Shown: positions 10,041 to 20,772, numbered from the whole stretch's first letter. The stretch is 63,933 bases of DNA, filler included, from Planctomycetota bacterium (GCA_026991575.1; 7 parts of 7 records of this genome joined end to end with filler, not necessarily neighbours in it); one strand, 5' to 3'. Program-made: numbers and translations. Notes: generated by a model from the sequence alone, not told the origin.

Positions 10041-12575
10041 ATGAAGCAAGATGTCGTGTGCGTTCTGACCGTAGTCGTGCTAGGGACGGCCGCAGGGCTT
10101 CTTGGCTGCGGCCAGGCACCGCGATCGCCAGAAACGACAAGCGGCGCGCAGTCCGCGGCGTCTTCTGCTTCGTCTGCCGCCGGGCAGTCGGCAGCTTCCG
10201 CGAGCGCCCCGGCCGACGCGACTGAGCCGTCGGACGCGTCGCGCGCAGGCCGAGAAGCGGGTCCCCGGCACGAGTCAGGCAAGAATCGGGACGGTACCCA
10301 GCAAGAGCGGGAGGCGCCACCGAAGAAAGCCATCCTGGCCAGTCACGCCGCCGCAGCCGCCTCGGGCCGCAGCACCGGTCCGCTGTGGCCCGGAGCCCGG
10401 GTGCCGCTGAGCTGGATGCACTGGCGGGGCCCAGAGCAGAACGGGATCTCGCGCGAAACGGGGCTGCCGGATCGGTGGTCACCCGATGGGGAAAACTTAA
10501 TCTGGGCAACCGACTTCGGCTGTCGTTCCACGCCGGTGATTGCAAACGGTCGTCTGTACGTGATCAATCTCGCTCCCGGTGATCCCACCGGCGCGCCGCA
10601 CATTCGCGATCAGGAAAGGATCCTATGCCTGGACGCGGACACCGGGAAGGTGCTCTGGGAGAAGCGCTTCAACGTGTTCCACACCACCATCCCGTCCAAC
10701 CGCGTGGGCTGGGCTAATCTGGCTGTGGATCCGGAAACGGGGTACATCTACGCTCATGGCACGCAGGGCTTTCTGCTTTGTCTCGACCCCGACGGCACGA
10801 TCGTCTGGCAGCGATCGCTGACTGAGGAATTCGGACGGATCACCGGCTACGGCGGTCGGGTACACACGCCGGTGGTGGATGAGGACCTGGTGATTGTCAG
10901 CTTTCTGAGCATCGGGTGGGGGGATCACAATCGCCCTGCTCACCGCTACGTCGCTCTTGACAAGCGCACTGGCGAGGTCGTGTGGTGGAGTGCTCCAGGG
11001 GGACGGCCGTTGGACACGACCTACTCGACGCCCGTCGTGGCGGTGATCCAGGGGGAACGGCTGCTGATTGCTGGCAATGCGGACGGCGGCGTCTACGCGC
11101 TGCGGGTCCGCACGGGCGAGAAGGTGTGGGGCTGTCAACTCTCGAAACGTGGCATCAACGTCACCCCGGTCGTGGACGGCAACCTGGTCTACATCGCCCA
11201 CAGCGAAGAGAACGTCGACCCGGCGGACCCCGATCATCCGCTCATGGGAAGCGTCGTTTGCATCGACGCCACAGGCCGCGGCGACGTGACGAAGACACAT
11301 ATCAAGTGGCGGCACGACGGTCTGACCGTGGGCTATGCGTCGCCCGTGCTCGTGGACGGCCTGCTCTACGTTGTCGATAACTCCGGCGATCTACACTGCT
11401 TGGATGCCAGCAACGGCAAGCAGCTGTGGGAGTTCCACCTGGGCACGGTGGGCAAGCCCTCGCCCGTCTGGGCCGATGGCAAGCTCTACTGCATGGAAAC
11501 AACTGGGAACATCTGGATTCTTGAACCGAGCCGTGATGGCTGCAAGGTGCTGGACCACGACGAAATCGAGTCGCGCATCCCCCGCGCGCACATCGAGATT
11601 CACGCCAGTCCGGCAATTGCCAACGGCCGCGTCTACCTGGCGACCATGGAATCGATCTACTGCATCGGATTGAAAGACACCAAGCCGGCCAGCAAGCCAT
11701 TTGCGCCGGTGCCAGAGGAGAAAGAGGGCGATCGGACGGTTGCCACGCTGCTGGTGGAGCCAGCCGAAGTGCATCTGTACCAGGGGGGCAAACAGCGGTT
11801 CTCGGTGCGGGCGTTCAATGCCGTAGGCCGGCGGATCGATGCGCCGCGGGTCGACTGGTCCGTCGAGGGCTTGAAAGGTTCGATCACCAAGGACGGGCTG
11901 TTGCAACTGGCCGAAGATTGCGGCCCTGTGGCTGGCAAGGTCGTGGCGCGCTACGGTGAGCTGACCGCCGCCGCGCGGATCCGCGTCCTTCAGCAGTTGC
12001 CGTTCACGGAGGACTTCGAACAATTCCGGCCAGGCACAGTGCCACCGACCTGGGTAGGGGCCCCGTTACGAACCGTCATCGAGAAGCTCTCCGGCAACAC
12101 CGTTCTGAAGAAGCGTGAAGACAACCCGCGATCGCAGCGGGCGACCGTCTTCATCGGCCCGCCGAACCTCTCCGGCTACACCATCGAAGCGGACTTGATG
12201 GGCAAACGGGTGAAACGCCAGTTGCCAGACATGGGGCTGGTGGCTCACCGGTACTTCCTGGAGTTACAGGGCAATCGGCAGCGGTTGGCCGTCGTCACCT
12301 GGCGTGCCCAGCCTCGTATCAATAAATCGGTACCGTTCCGGTGGCAGGAGGACCGCTGGTACCGCATGAAGATGCACGTGGAAATCCGCGATGGCACGGC
12401 GATCATCCGGGGCAAGGCATGGCCGAAGGGGGAGCCGGAACCGAAGCAGTGGCTGATCGAGGTAACCGACCCGATCGGCAATAAGCAAGGGGCTCCTGGA
12501 CTCTATGGATTCGCCCCGAACATCACCGCCACACCAGGCTCACCGGTTTATTTCGACAACGTGAAAGTTTACTAA
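10041..12575 (+). CDS. PQQ-like beta-propeller lipoprotein with Ig-like and C-terminal lectin-like domains
   Basis: Lipobox LLGC, WRGPEQNG and repeated D..TG..W propeller blades; GGAG Shine-Dalgarno before ATG 10041. Confidence 0.85.
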   Translation: MKQDVVCVLTVVVLGTAAGLLGCGQAPRSPETTSGAQSAASSASSAAGQSAASASAPADATEPSDASRAGREAGPRHESGKNRDGTQQEREAPPKKAILASHAAAAASGRSTGPLWPGARVPLSWMHWRGPEQNGISRETGLPDRWSPDGENLIWATDFGCRSTPVIANGRLYVINLAPGDPTGAPHIRDQERILCLDADTGKVLWEKRFNVFHTTIPSNRVGWANLAVDPETGYIYAHGTQGFLLCLDPDGTIVWQRSLTEEFGRITGYGGRVHTPVVDEDLVIVSFLSIGWGDHNRPAHRYVALDKRTGEVVWWSAPGGRPLDTTYSTPVVAVIQGERLLIAGNADGGVYALRVRTGEKVWGCQLSKRGINVTPVVDGNLVYIAHSEENVDPADPDHPLMGSVVCIDATGRGDVTKTHIKWRHDGLTVGYASPVLVDGLLYVVDNSGDLHCLDASNGKQLWEFHLGTVGKPSPVWADGKLYCMETTGNIWILEPSRDGCKVLDHDEIESRIPRAHIEIHASPAIANGRVYLATMESIYCIGLKDTKPASKPFAPVPEEKEGDRTVATLLVEPAEVHLYQGGKQRFSVRAFNAVGRRIDAPRVDWSVEGLKGSITKDGLLQLAEDCGPVAGKVVARYGELTAAARIRVLQQLPFTEDFEQFRPGTVPPTWVGAPLRTVIEKLSGNTVLKKREDNPRSQRATVFIGPPNLSGYTIEADLMGKRVKRQLPDMGLVAHRYFLELQGNRQRLAVVTWRAQPRINKSVPFRWQEDRWYRMKMHVEIRDGTAIIRGKAWPKGEPEPKQWLIEVTDPIGNKQGAPGLYGFAPNITATPGSPVYFDNVKVY

Positions 12576-12601
12576 TCGATAGACAACGTCGAGGTTCAGC
12601 G

Positions 12602-14146
12602 ATGACCGTGGAGCAACTCTACAAGAACTGGCCGACAATCGTGTCGGCTCTCGCCGCCCTGGTGCTCCTAGGGGCCGCGGCGGTCACGAACTCCGTCACC
12701 GCCTGGCCCATGTGGGGCGGCACGCCAAACCGCAACATGGTCAGCGACGAGGCATACGACCTGCCAGCCACCTGGGACATCGAAAGCGGCAAGAACATCA
12801 AGTGGGTGGCCACGCTCGGCTCACAATCTTACGGTAACCCTGTCGTCGCACGTGGCAAGGTCTTTGTGGGCACGAACAACGAATCGGTCAAGAATCCGAA
12901 GATTCGGGGCGACAAAGGCGTTGTGATGTGTTTTGACCAGGAGACCGGGAAATTCCTCTGGCAGGCCGTGCACGACAAGCTGCCGACCGGCCGCGTCAAT
13001 GACTGGCCGGAACAGGGCGTCTGCTCGTCACCGGTCGTGGCCGGCGACCGGCTCTATTACGTGTCGAACCGATGTGAGGTCGTCTGCCTGGACACGGAAG
13101 GGTTTTACGACGGCGAAAACGACGGCCCGATTCAGGACGAGAAGTACCAGGACAAGATCGATGCCGATTTCGTCTGGACGTTCAACATGATGGATGAACT
13201 CGGCGTCTTCCCCCACAACATGGCGAACTGCTCACCGCTGCTGGTGGGCGACTACCTGTACATCATCACATCCAACGGCGTGGACGAAGGGCACGTCAAC
13301 ATCCCGTCACCCTTCGCGCCCAGCTTCATATGTCTGAACCGCCACACGGGCGAACTGGTCTGGGAAGATGCCTCCCCCGGCGACCGCATCTACCACGGTC
13401 AATGGTCCAGCCCGTCGTATGGGATCGTCAATGGCAAGCCGCAGGTTTATTTCGCCGGCGGCGACGGCTGGCTGTACGCGTTTGAGCCGCTGGGCGACCC
13501 GGCCAACCCTGGCAAGAGCAAACTCATCTGGAAGTTCAACTGCAATCCACCGGAGAGCCGCTGGATCCTCGGCGGCCGGGGCACGGCAAACAACATCATC
13601 GCCACACCGGTCTTCGTCGACGGTCGGGTCTACATCGCCGTGGGCCAGGATCCGGAACACCTTGAGGGCGAAGGACACCTGTGGTGCATCGATGCAAGCA
13701 AGCAGGGCGACGTGTCCCCGTTCATCGGCGAATGGGACGAGAATCAGCGGATCTGGCGCAGCAAAGGCGACAACCCCAACTCGGCCATGGTCTGGCATTA
13801 CGGCTACAAGAACTTCGGTCGGACCATCGCGACGGTGGCCGTCAAGGACGGCCTGGTGTACGCGGCCGAGCTGGCGGGATTCCTGCACTGCCTGGACGCC
13901 GAGACCGGGAAGCTGTACTGGAAGCATGACCTGTTGTCCGCCGTGTGGGGCTCACCGTACGTGGCCGACGGCAAGGTCTACATCGGGGACGAAGACGGCG
14001 AGGTCACCGTGTTCGCACACGGAAAAGAGAAAAAGGTGCTCGGCGAGATGTACATGGGTGACACCGTGTACTCGACGCCGGTGGCTGTCGGCAGAACATT
14101 GTTCATCATGACGCGCACCAAGCTGTACTGCATCGAGCGGGAATGA
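12602..14146 (+). CDS. PQQ-like beta-propeller repeat protein
   Basis: Signal peptide, WPMWGGTPNRN and multiple propeller repeats. Confidence 0.85.
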   Translation: MTVEQLYKNWPTIVSALAALVLLGAAAVTNSVTAWPMWGGTPNRNMVSDEAYDLPATWDIESGKNIKWVATLGSQSYGNPVVARGKVFVGTNNESVKNPKIRGDKGVVMCFDQETGKFLWQAVHDKLPTGRVNDWPEQGVCSSPVVAGDRLYYVSNRCEVVCLDTEGFYDGENDGPIQDEKYQDKIDADFVWTFNMMDELGVFPHNMANCSPLLVGDYLYIITSNGVDEGHVNIPSPFAPSFICLNRHTGELVWEDASPGDRIYHGQWSSPSYGIVNGKPQVYFAGGDGWLYAFEPLGDPANPGKSKLIWKFNCNPPESRWILGGRGTANNIIATPVFVDGRVYIAVGQDPEHLEGEGHLWCIDASKQGDVSPFIGEWDENQRIWRSKGDNPNSAMVWHYGYKNFGRTIATVAVKDGLVYAAELAGFLHCLDAETGKLYWKHDLLSAVWGSPYVADGKVYIGDEDGEVTVFAHGKEKKVLGEMYMGDTVYSTPVAVGRTLFIMTRTKLYCIERE

Positions 14147-15336
14147 CCGTGCGACCCGGTGGGCAGGAAGTTTCACCGCCGAGCCTGGAACCCGGTGTGA
14201 CCGCCTTTGACACCAGGTTACGCACCCGCGTGTTGTTTGGGCCGGGCCGGGTCGCGGAACTAGGCGAGGTTTGCCGTGAGCTGTCGGGCCGCCGCGTCGT
14301 TTTGGTAACCGATCGCACAATCCGGCAACACGGGCACGCGGACCGGGCGGCTGCAGCGCTCCGGGCGGCCGGGCTGTCTGTGACCGTCTTCGAGGATGTG
14401 GAAGAGAATCCGACCGAAAGCAACGTTGCCCGGTGCGCGGAGGTGTTTCAGCGGGCTCAGCCGGACCTCGTCGTCGCAATCGGCGGCGGGAGCGTGCTCG
14501 ATTGCGCCAAAGGAGCCAACTTCATCCACACCAACGGCGGCCGCATGGCTGACTACCGCGGCTACGGCAAAGCCCGGACGCCGCTGCTGCCCATGGTGCT
14601 GGTGCCAACTACGGCAGGTACCGGCAGCGAGGCACAATCGTACGCTCTGATCAGTCACGATGAAACCCATGAAAAAATGGCGTGCGGAGACCCGTCGGCT
14701 GCCGCGCGCGTCGCCGTGCTGGATCCGGAACTGACCTGCACCTGTCCCGCGACGGTGACGGCAGCCGCCGGATTGGACGCCATCGCCCATGCGGTTGAAA
14801 GCTACGTCTGCACCCGAGCCAATCCGCTCAGCCGGCTCTACGCCGCAGGGGCGTTCAGGCTCATGGCCTCGGCGTTCCCGCGCGTGCTGGATGAACCGCA
14901 TGATCTTGCCCTGCGCGGCGCGATGTTGCTGGGCGCGAACTGGGCCGGAACCGCGATTGAACACGCGATGCTGGGTGCAGCCCACGCTGGGGCGAATCCG
15001 TTGACTGCTCAGTTCGGCACGGTTCATGGCATCGCGGTTGCCCTGATGATGCCCCACGTGGTGCGGTATAACGGAAGCGTCGTCGCCGACCGCTACGGCG
15101 AGTTGCTCAGCATTGCCGGCTTCGATGTAGGCCGGGATCCGGCCGAGCAGCTTGCGAACCTGTTGGAAAGCTGGCGTGAAGCCGCGGGCCTGCCCACGCG
15201 GCTTCGTACGCTGGGTGTCCCGCGCGCGTCGCTCCCACAGCTTGCCCGCGAGGCGGCGGCCCAGTGGACCGCCCAGTTCAACCCACGCCCCGCCGACGAG
15301 GCCGCTTTCCGCGCCCTGTACACGGAAGCCTACTGA
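14143..15336 (+). CDS. Iron-containing alcohol dehydrogenase
   Basis: GGGSVLDCAK, PTTAGTGSE, DAIAHAVES and His ligands (AH...HG); ATGA overlap with the upstream gene. Confidence 0.93.
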   Translation: MTVRPGGQEVSPPSLEPGVTAFDTRLRTRVLFGPGRVAELGEVCRELSGRRVVLVTDRTIRQHGHADRAAAALRAAGLSVTVFEDVEENPTESNVARCAEVFQRAQPDLVVAIGGGSVLDCAKGANFIHTNGGRMADYRGYGKARTPLLPMVLVPTTAGTGSEAQSYALISHDETHEKMACGDPSAAARVAVLDPELTCTCPATVTAAAGLDAIAHAVESYVCTRANPLSRLYAAGAFRLMASAFPRVLDEPHDLALRGAMLLGANWAGTAIEHAMLGAAHAGANPLTAQFGTVHGIAVALMMPHVVRYNGSVVADRYGELLSIAGFDVGRDPAEQLANLLESWREAAGLPTRLRTLGVPRASLPQLAREAAAQWTAQFNPRPADEAAFRALYTEAY

Positions 15337-15362
15337 GCACTCAGACCTTCACGGGCAAACCG

Positions 15363-16505
15363 ATGTCCCGAACCCCCTGGTTCCTCATCTGCTGTGGCCT
15401 GTTGACGCTGTCGATCGCTCGCTCACCGGCGGACCGTTGGGCTCAGTTCCGTGGAGTGCCGCAGTTGACCGGACTGTCGCAAGAGCGATTGGGGCCTCCG
15501 CTGCGGCCCATCTGGCGAAGGCAGCTCCGCTCGGCCCCCCCTGACGGTGGGGCCCCCGAAGCAGAACGGATTCGTTCCAGCGCAGCCATTGTCGGGGGCC
15601 GTGTCTACGTGGGCAGTGACGGTGGATACGTCTACTGCTTCGACCTCCGCACGGGTAAGCAGGTCTGGCGTTTCGAAACCAAAGAGCGGTGGCCAGTGTC
15701 AGCATCGCCGCTCGTGTTGGGAAACACCGTGTACGTCGGGGACGAAGGGGGCATCTTCTACGCGCTGGACGCAGGAAGTGGAGTAGAGCAGTGGCGGTAC
15801 GCGACCGGGGCCCAGATCGTCTCGTCGGCCAACTACTGGAGGGACTATGTGCTCTTCGGATCGTACGACAATCACGTCTACTGCCTGGACCGCGGTACGG
15901 GACGATTAGTGTGGAAATACGAAACGGGCAGCTACGTCCACGCTACACCTGCCGTGGCGGACCATTACCTGTTTGTCGCCGGCTGCGACGCGCTACTCCA
16001 CGTGATCGACATCCGCTCGGGGGAGAAGGTCAACGAAATTGACATCCTGGCCCAGGCGGGTGCTTCCCCGGCCGTGGTCGGCGATGCGCTTTACCTTGGC
16101 AACATGGACGATTCGGTCCTGGCAATCGACTGGCGTCGGGGCAAGCTGCTGTGGCAGTACCGTCCGCAACGCCGCGCGCAGCCTTTCTACTCGTCGGCCG
16201 CTGTGACGGACCGGCTCGTCCTGGTCGGCAGCCGCGACCGGAAGCTTCACGCCATCGATCGGCAAACGGGGCGGGTGGTATGGACCTTTCGAACGCACGG
16301 GCGGGTCGATTCATCACCTGTTGTGTCCGGGGACACGGTCTACGTCGGGAGCCACGACGGAACGTTATATGCACTGGCCGTACAGACGGGCATGCGAAAG
16401 TGGAGTTATCCTTGCGGTGATCGGATCACGGCGTCGCCTGCGGTCGGTTCAGGCCGACTGGTCGTCGGCACAGAGGGAGGCGTCCTGTACTGCTTTGGCC
16501 CGTAG
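15363..16505 (+). CDS. PQQ-like/BamB-like beta-propeller protein
   Basis: Signal peptide MSRTPWFLIC..., WAQFRG and about eight SSP..G..VYVGS.DG blades. Confidence 0.88.
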   Translation: MSRTPWFLICCGLLTLSIARSPADRWAQFRGVPQLTGLSQERLGPPLRPIWRRQLRSAPPDGGAPEAERIRSSAAIVGGRVYVGSDGGYVYCFDLRTGKQVWRFETKERWPVSASPLVLGNTVYVGDEGGIFYALDAGSGVEQWRYATGAQIVSSANYWRDYVLFGSYDNHVYCLDRGTGRLVWKYETGSYVHATPAVADHYLFVAGCDALLHVIDIRSGEKVNEIDILAQAGASPAVVGDALYLGNMDDSVLAIDWRRGKLLWQYRPQRRAQPFYSSAAVTDRLVLVGSRDRKLHAIDRQTGRVVWTFRTHGRVDSSPVVSGDTVYVGSHDGTLYALAVQTGMRKWSYPCGDRITASPAVGSGRLVVGTEGGVLYCFGP

Positions 16506-16511
16506 TCTGAG

Positions 16512-17250
16512 ATAGGGGACCAAGCGCCGGTTGCCTGGGGCCCGCCCCCTCCGCACCGTACGTGCGGTTCTCCCGCATACGGGTCTCCGGTCGGTGGCCT
16601 TACGTACGAGAGCGGCAACAGGCCGCCGCATGGGCTGCCTTTAGGCTCAACAACCCACACCAGGCGGGGGCCTCCGTCCCACACCCCGTCACCAGGGCCG
16701 CCGGCAGACAACCTCCAGCTTCACGGCTTCCGCCAGAGCCTCGCTGCAGCCTCTCCACCGTGTCTAGCCCTCGGCGGGCACTCACGGTGGGGATTTCCCG
16801 CCGTTCCACGTTCCAGCCGTCTCCGCCTTCCTGGGGCCCTTCGCTGTACGAGCATTACCCCGCTTCCTCGCTTGCTTGCGACCCTCTGACTCCTGATGGG
16901 CCGCTTCTCCTGTCGGTTCGGTGCCCTGGTTCCCTTCGGTCCGCCGAGCACCAAGCGGACCGCCGGGGGACATCTTTCAGGGCCCACCCTATGCCCTGAT
17001 GTACCGCAGGCTCGTCGCGTCCTGTGCCCATCAGGCCTCCGTCGTTCACGTCGTCGGACCTTCCCAAGCGTTCCGCCCCCAACCACCCCACGTCGCCATC
17101 CGGATTGGCCTGCTCTCCCCCCGGATGGTGACCTTGCCTTCCGACAAGGCATCTTGCGCTTCGCCACTACTCAGCAGGCTCGCCACGACGTCAGGCCGAA
17201 TCGGGTTCCTCTCGTCCGGACTACTCGTTCGCCTCCGGTTGCTCCCACAT
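16512..17250 (-). mobile_element. ORF-less (degenerate) group II intron
   Basis: Minus strand shows domain V (GAGACCCGTATGCGGGAGAACCGCACGTACGGTGCGGAGGGGG), domain VI ending CCCCTAT, and domain I-like GGAGCAACCGGAGGCGAAC...GATTCGGCC...GGCGAGCCTGCT. No RT ORF. Confidence 0.8.
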
Positions 17251-17254
17251 CGTC

Positions 17255-17532
17255 GTGAGGGGGACGTGGAGAGCAGCACCCCCGCCGAGGGGATGGGCGA
17301 ATCACCCCGGGCAGCCTGCTTCAACCGGCGGGCGGGGAGCTTTACGCCCCCCGCCCGGTGCGCGTCGGAGCGCGTTGGATCAGCGAGGTGGAAGTCGTCA
17401 CCACGGTTTGGCCTGGCCCCTGTTAGCCGAAGGTAGCCTACGTTCTCGCGAGGGGGCATGGAGTGCAGCACCCCTGCCGAGGGGATGGGCGAATTGCCCC
17501 AGCAGCTTGCTTCAATGGGCGGGCGGGGGGGG
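17255..17532 (+). repeat. ~192-bp tandem unit: GC hairpin followed by a group II intron-like 5' end (GTGCGC at 17358)
   Basis: GCCGAGGGGATGGGCGAAT occurs at 17284 and 17476. Hairpin at 17330-17356. A related copy lies on the minus strand at ~45927-46160. Confidence 0.75.
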
Positions 17533-17632
17533 NNNNNNNNNNNNNNNNNNNNNNNNNNNNNNNNNNNNNNNNNNNNTTAATTAATTAANNNNNNNNNNNN
17601 NNNNNNNNNNNNNNNNNNNNNNNNNNNNNNNN

Positions 17633-18651
17633 ACGGCCACGACGTAGTCGAGCTCGCCGAGACGAGCGTACACGTAACGCGTCTTCTTGCCGTCTTCCTC
17701 CTTCTCGAACGTCTTGCCGAAAACGACACGCTCGATGACGATACGCTTCTTCTCGTCCTCTTCTTCGTCCGCTTCGTCCTCCTCGGTGATCTCCCGGCCC
17801 ACAGCTACCGTGACGGCCGGCTTATCAAGGCCGTACTTGGCGAGCTCCTCGTCGGTTAAGTCAAGATCGACGTATCCCTCCTCCGCATCGATCTGCGTGT
17901 CGTAGACGGCGGCGATGAGCGAACCGATGCGGGTTTCGTCCGCTTTGTCGCTGATCGGCTCAAGCAGCCGCCATTCGCCGTCCTGCTTCTCGGCATGGAT
18001 CCGCTCGGCGCCGGCCCGTTCCAGCGTCAACTGCACGGCGTCCCACCGGCCGACAGTGATGAGCTTCTTCTGTCGGAAGTCAACGAGGTCCTTGTCGACA
18101 AGCGTCGAAATCGAGTACTTGGAAACGATGTAGACCTCGTCGCGTCCCTCGACCTGAACGTACCTGCTCTCCTCGTCTGCGGTCTCCTTGCCCACCAGCA
18201 GCGTAATCGACTGTTCGCTGCCGTCGGGCCTGTAGACCAGCGTGACCTTCACCTCTGGATCGTCCAGGCCGTATTCGATCAGCCGCGTTTTATCGACCTT
18301 CTTGATCACACCGGCCCCTTCTTCCTCCTCACCGCTGATCGTTCTAAACGAGAGGTTCTTTAGGTCAAAGGCGATGTTCCGCACGCTGGTGCGGTCGGCG
18401 AGCAGTTTGTGGGGCTTGACCATCAGCCAGCGGTCGTTAGCGCGGTCATACTCGAAGACCGCCTCTTCGCCACCCTTGACCAGCTCGATCTTGACGACGT
18501 CGTCGACGTCGACGTTGCGCAGTTCGGGGAAGACCCTCCGCCTGACCGTCTCATACTCCTTCTGCGTCGGGTAGAGCTTGCCCAGCAGGGTTGCCAGGCC
18601 AAGCAGCAGAATCAGCAGACTGCCCAGCACAAGTGGCGTCTTACCCGTCAT
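17633..18651 (-). CDS. DUF4340-family protein (3' truncated)
   Basis: N-terminal TM, repeated W.MVKP/W.LLEP..AD and YGLD.P motifs; follows a GldG-like gene. Confidence 0.75.
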
Positions 18652-18699
18652 GGTTGTTCACTCTCCCGTAGCGCCCCTCGCTGCGCTCTTTGGTTCGTT

Positions 18700-20772
18700 T
18701 CAGGAGGCGTACCCGAGTTCGCGACGGCCCTTCAAGTAGGCAAACCCGGCAAAGGCCAGGGCCACCAGCCAGACCAGCACACAGAATCCGGCCACGCGAA
18801 GCACTGTCTCCTTGCGCGTCTCCGGGTCCTCGATGGCGATCACCGTCAGCAGTGCGTACAGGGAACACCAGAACAGCAGCACCAGGGCAAGCGGCAGCCA
18901 AGCTCGGTTGTACCGGCCCGTGCGTACGACCCAGACCATACCGGCCAGCACACCGATCCCGCCGAGAATCGCAAAGCCGGGCTCGAAAATCAGCGTGATG
19001 TACGAGGAGTGGTCCAGAATGAGCCGAATGCTCTTCCTGGTCTTCGGCGGGATGCCGACATCCTCGATCCGGCCGGCAAGCCAGTGAACTGTGTTGATGA
19101 AGAAGAACATGTTCGTGCTGTTAGCGCTGGCTAGCACGTTTGCCGCGAAGGTGCTATCGCCGACGACGACCATGCGCGGAATCCTCCTGTTCTGGCCCAC
19201 GGGCGGATGACCGGGTGGGGTCGTCCCCTGGTCGCTTTCCTGCTCGACCACCACCGCCAGGCTAACGGGCCCGGGCGTGTCCTCCGGACCGCCAGGTGCG
19301 ACCAGGTTCGTGTCGTAGTTTCCTTCCGCCCATGCGTATGGGTCCTTGCCTACGGTAGAAAGAATGGTCTGAGCCTTCAGCTTGGCCGTGGACTCACCCT
19401 GTTCGTCAGAACCGGTTTCCAGTGCCTTCACCTCGCGGGCCGCGCTGAAGAGGATCTGTTCGGCAGCCAGCGGCTTGAGCACAGCGTGTGCTTCACGCAG
19501 GGTGGGTACCAGGACAACGATGTTCAATAGCGAGCCGACGGCAGCCGTCCTGTCGACGACCAGGTTGTTGCCCAGTTCCACGCGGTATTCTTTCAGCAAG
19601 CTGTTTAGGCCCAGGTCCGCTGGAACCCCGCGGCGGAACTCAACGGGCGAATCCACCAGGACTAGCAACCGGCCGGCAGGTCTCCCCTTGCTATCGCGGC
19701 GGTCCAGGTAATCGCGTAGTCGCCGGATCTCCTCCGGATCGAACGCTGTTCGCGGGCCAGCCACGACCACGACGTCGGCATCATCTGGAACCTCTTTTTG
19801 CAGGAGGTTTACCGTACCGACGTCCACGGCCTGGTTGCGGAGTTCGTCGACGATGTACCCGATGCCGCGATCACTTCGCGGGTCGCTGTCTTCGGTGTCC
19901 AGCTCACCGTGGCCAACCGTGAAGTACACCTTTGTGCGCTTGGCCTCGCGCAGCTCACGGATTGCCGACGTCAGGGCGTTCTCGCCGTTGAACGTGGTCT
20001 CCGTTCCGGTGAACGTGGTCATTGTGGGGTCCAGCGAAGCTTCGATCGTGAACAGCTCACTGTCCCGGATGACCTTATGGCGTTCCTGCTCCCCTTCGCC
20101 GTAGACAACCAGCAGAGCGGGTAGCTGTCCTTCCAGCTCCGGGTACTTGCGGAGGAATTTTTGGGCGTTCAGACGATCTTCCCAGTAGTTGACGATCTCG
20201 TAATCGACCAGTTGCGGATTCTCTGCCCGGTAGAGCTGAACGAGTTGCTCGATCTGATCTCGTTTCTGGCCTGGCGGGTAGAGAATGTAGATCTTCAGCG
20301 GTTTGTCGATGGCTTTGAGCTGGTTGATCGTCTGGTCGTGTAGCGTGTAGACACCCTCGCTTGTCCAGTCGAAGGTCTTAAGGCCCACGAGGTACCCGTA
20401 CTGGGCGATGAGCAGGTTGAAGACAATCAGGATTCCTGCAAGGAAGCAAACGATCAGCACAAAGTTGTACAGGGTCAGCGCTTGCCGGATCAGCGGGTCT
20501 CGCTGGGCGTACTTCTGGTTGACGTTGAGCAGCACGACGAAACCGGCAAGCCCCAGCACAATGCCGGCAACGCCTAGCCAGAAGGACTTGGTATTCGGGT
20601 CAAATCCTTCGGCCGACCAGTAGCTGTACAACAGAGCGCCCAGCCCGCCGACGAAGAGCACGATGCCGACGATGGTCCCGATGACGGTGAGAGCTATTGC
20701 CTGCCGGGGCGCGAGCTCAAGGGCACCCTCTTTGCTGACCGTCGTTTGGTTCAACCCACCGGCCTCCGCCAT
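18700..20772 (-). CDS. GldG-like ABC transporter auxiliary component
   Basis: DWTSEGVYTL, VYFTVGHGE, VVAGPRTAF and VVVGDSTF..N motifs; extra TM helices at both ends. Confidence 0.85.
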   Translation of the reverse strand: MAEAGGLNQTTVSKEGALELAPRQAIALTVIGTIVGIVLFVGGLGALLYSYWSAEGFDPNTKSFWLGVAGIVLGLAGFVVLLNVNQKYAQRDPLIRQALTLYNFVLIVCFLAGILIVFNLLIAQYGYLVGLKTFDWTSEGVYTLHDQTINQLKAIDKPLKIYILYPPGQKRDQIEQLVQLYRAENPQLVDYEIVNYWEDRLNAQKFLRKYPELEGQLPALLVVYGEGEQERHKVIRDSELFTIEASLDPTMTTFTGTETTFNGENALTSAIRELREAKRTKVYFTVGHGELDTEDSDPRSDRGIGYIVDELRNQAVDVGTVNLLQKEVPDDADVVVVAGPRTAFDPEEIRRLRDYLDRRDSKGRPAGRLLVLVDSPVEFRRGVPADLGLNSLLKEYRVELGNNLVVDRTAAVGSLLNIVVLVPTLREAHAVLKPLAAEQILFSAAREVKALETGSDEQGESTAKLKAQTILSTVGKDPYAWAEGNYDTNLVAPGGPEDTPGPVSLAVVVEQESDQGTTPPGHPPVGQNRRIPRMVVVGDSTFAANVLASANSTNMFFFINTVHWLAGRIEDVGIPPKTRKSIRLILDHSSYITLIFEPGFAILGGIGVLAGMVWVVRTGRYNRAWLPLALVLLFWCSLYALLTVIAIEDPETRKETVLRVAGFCVLVWLVALAFAGFAYLKGRRELGYAS

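Noticed and set aside
17300..17532. GCTTCAA(T)GG motifs resembling CRISPR repeat ends
   Set aside because: The period is ~192 bp, copies are diverged, there are no unique spacers and no cas genes.
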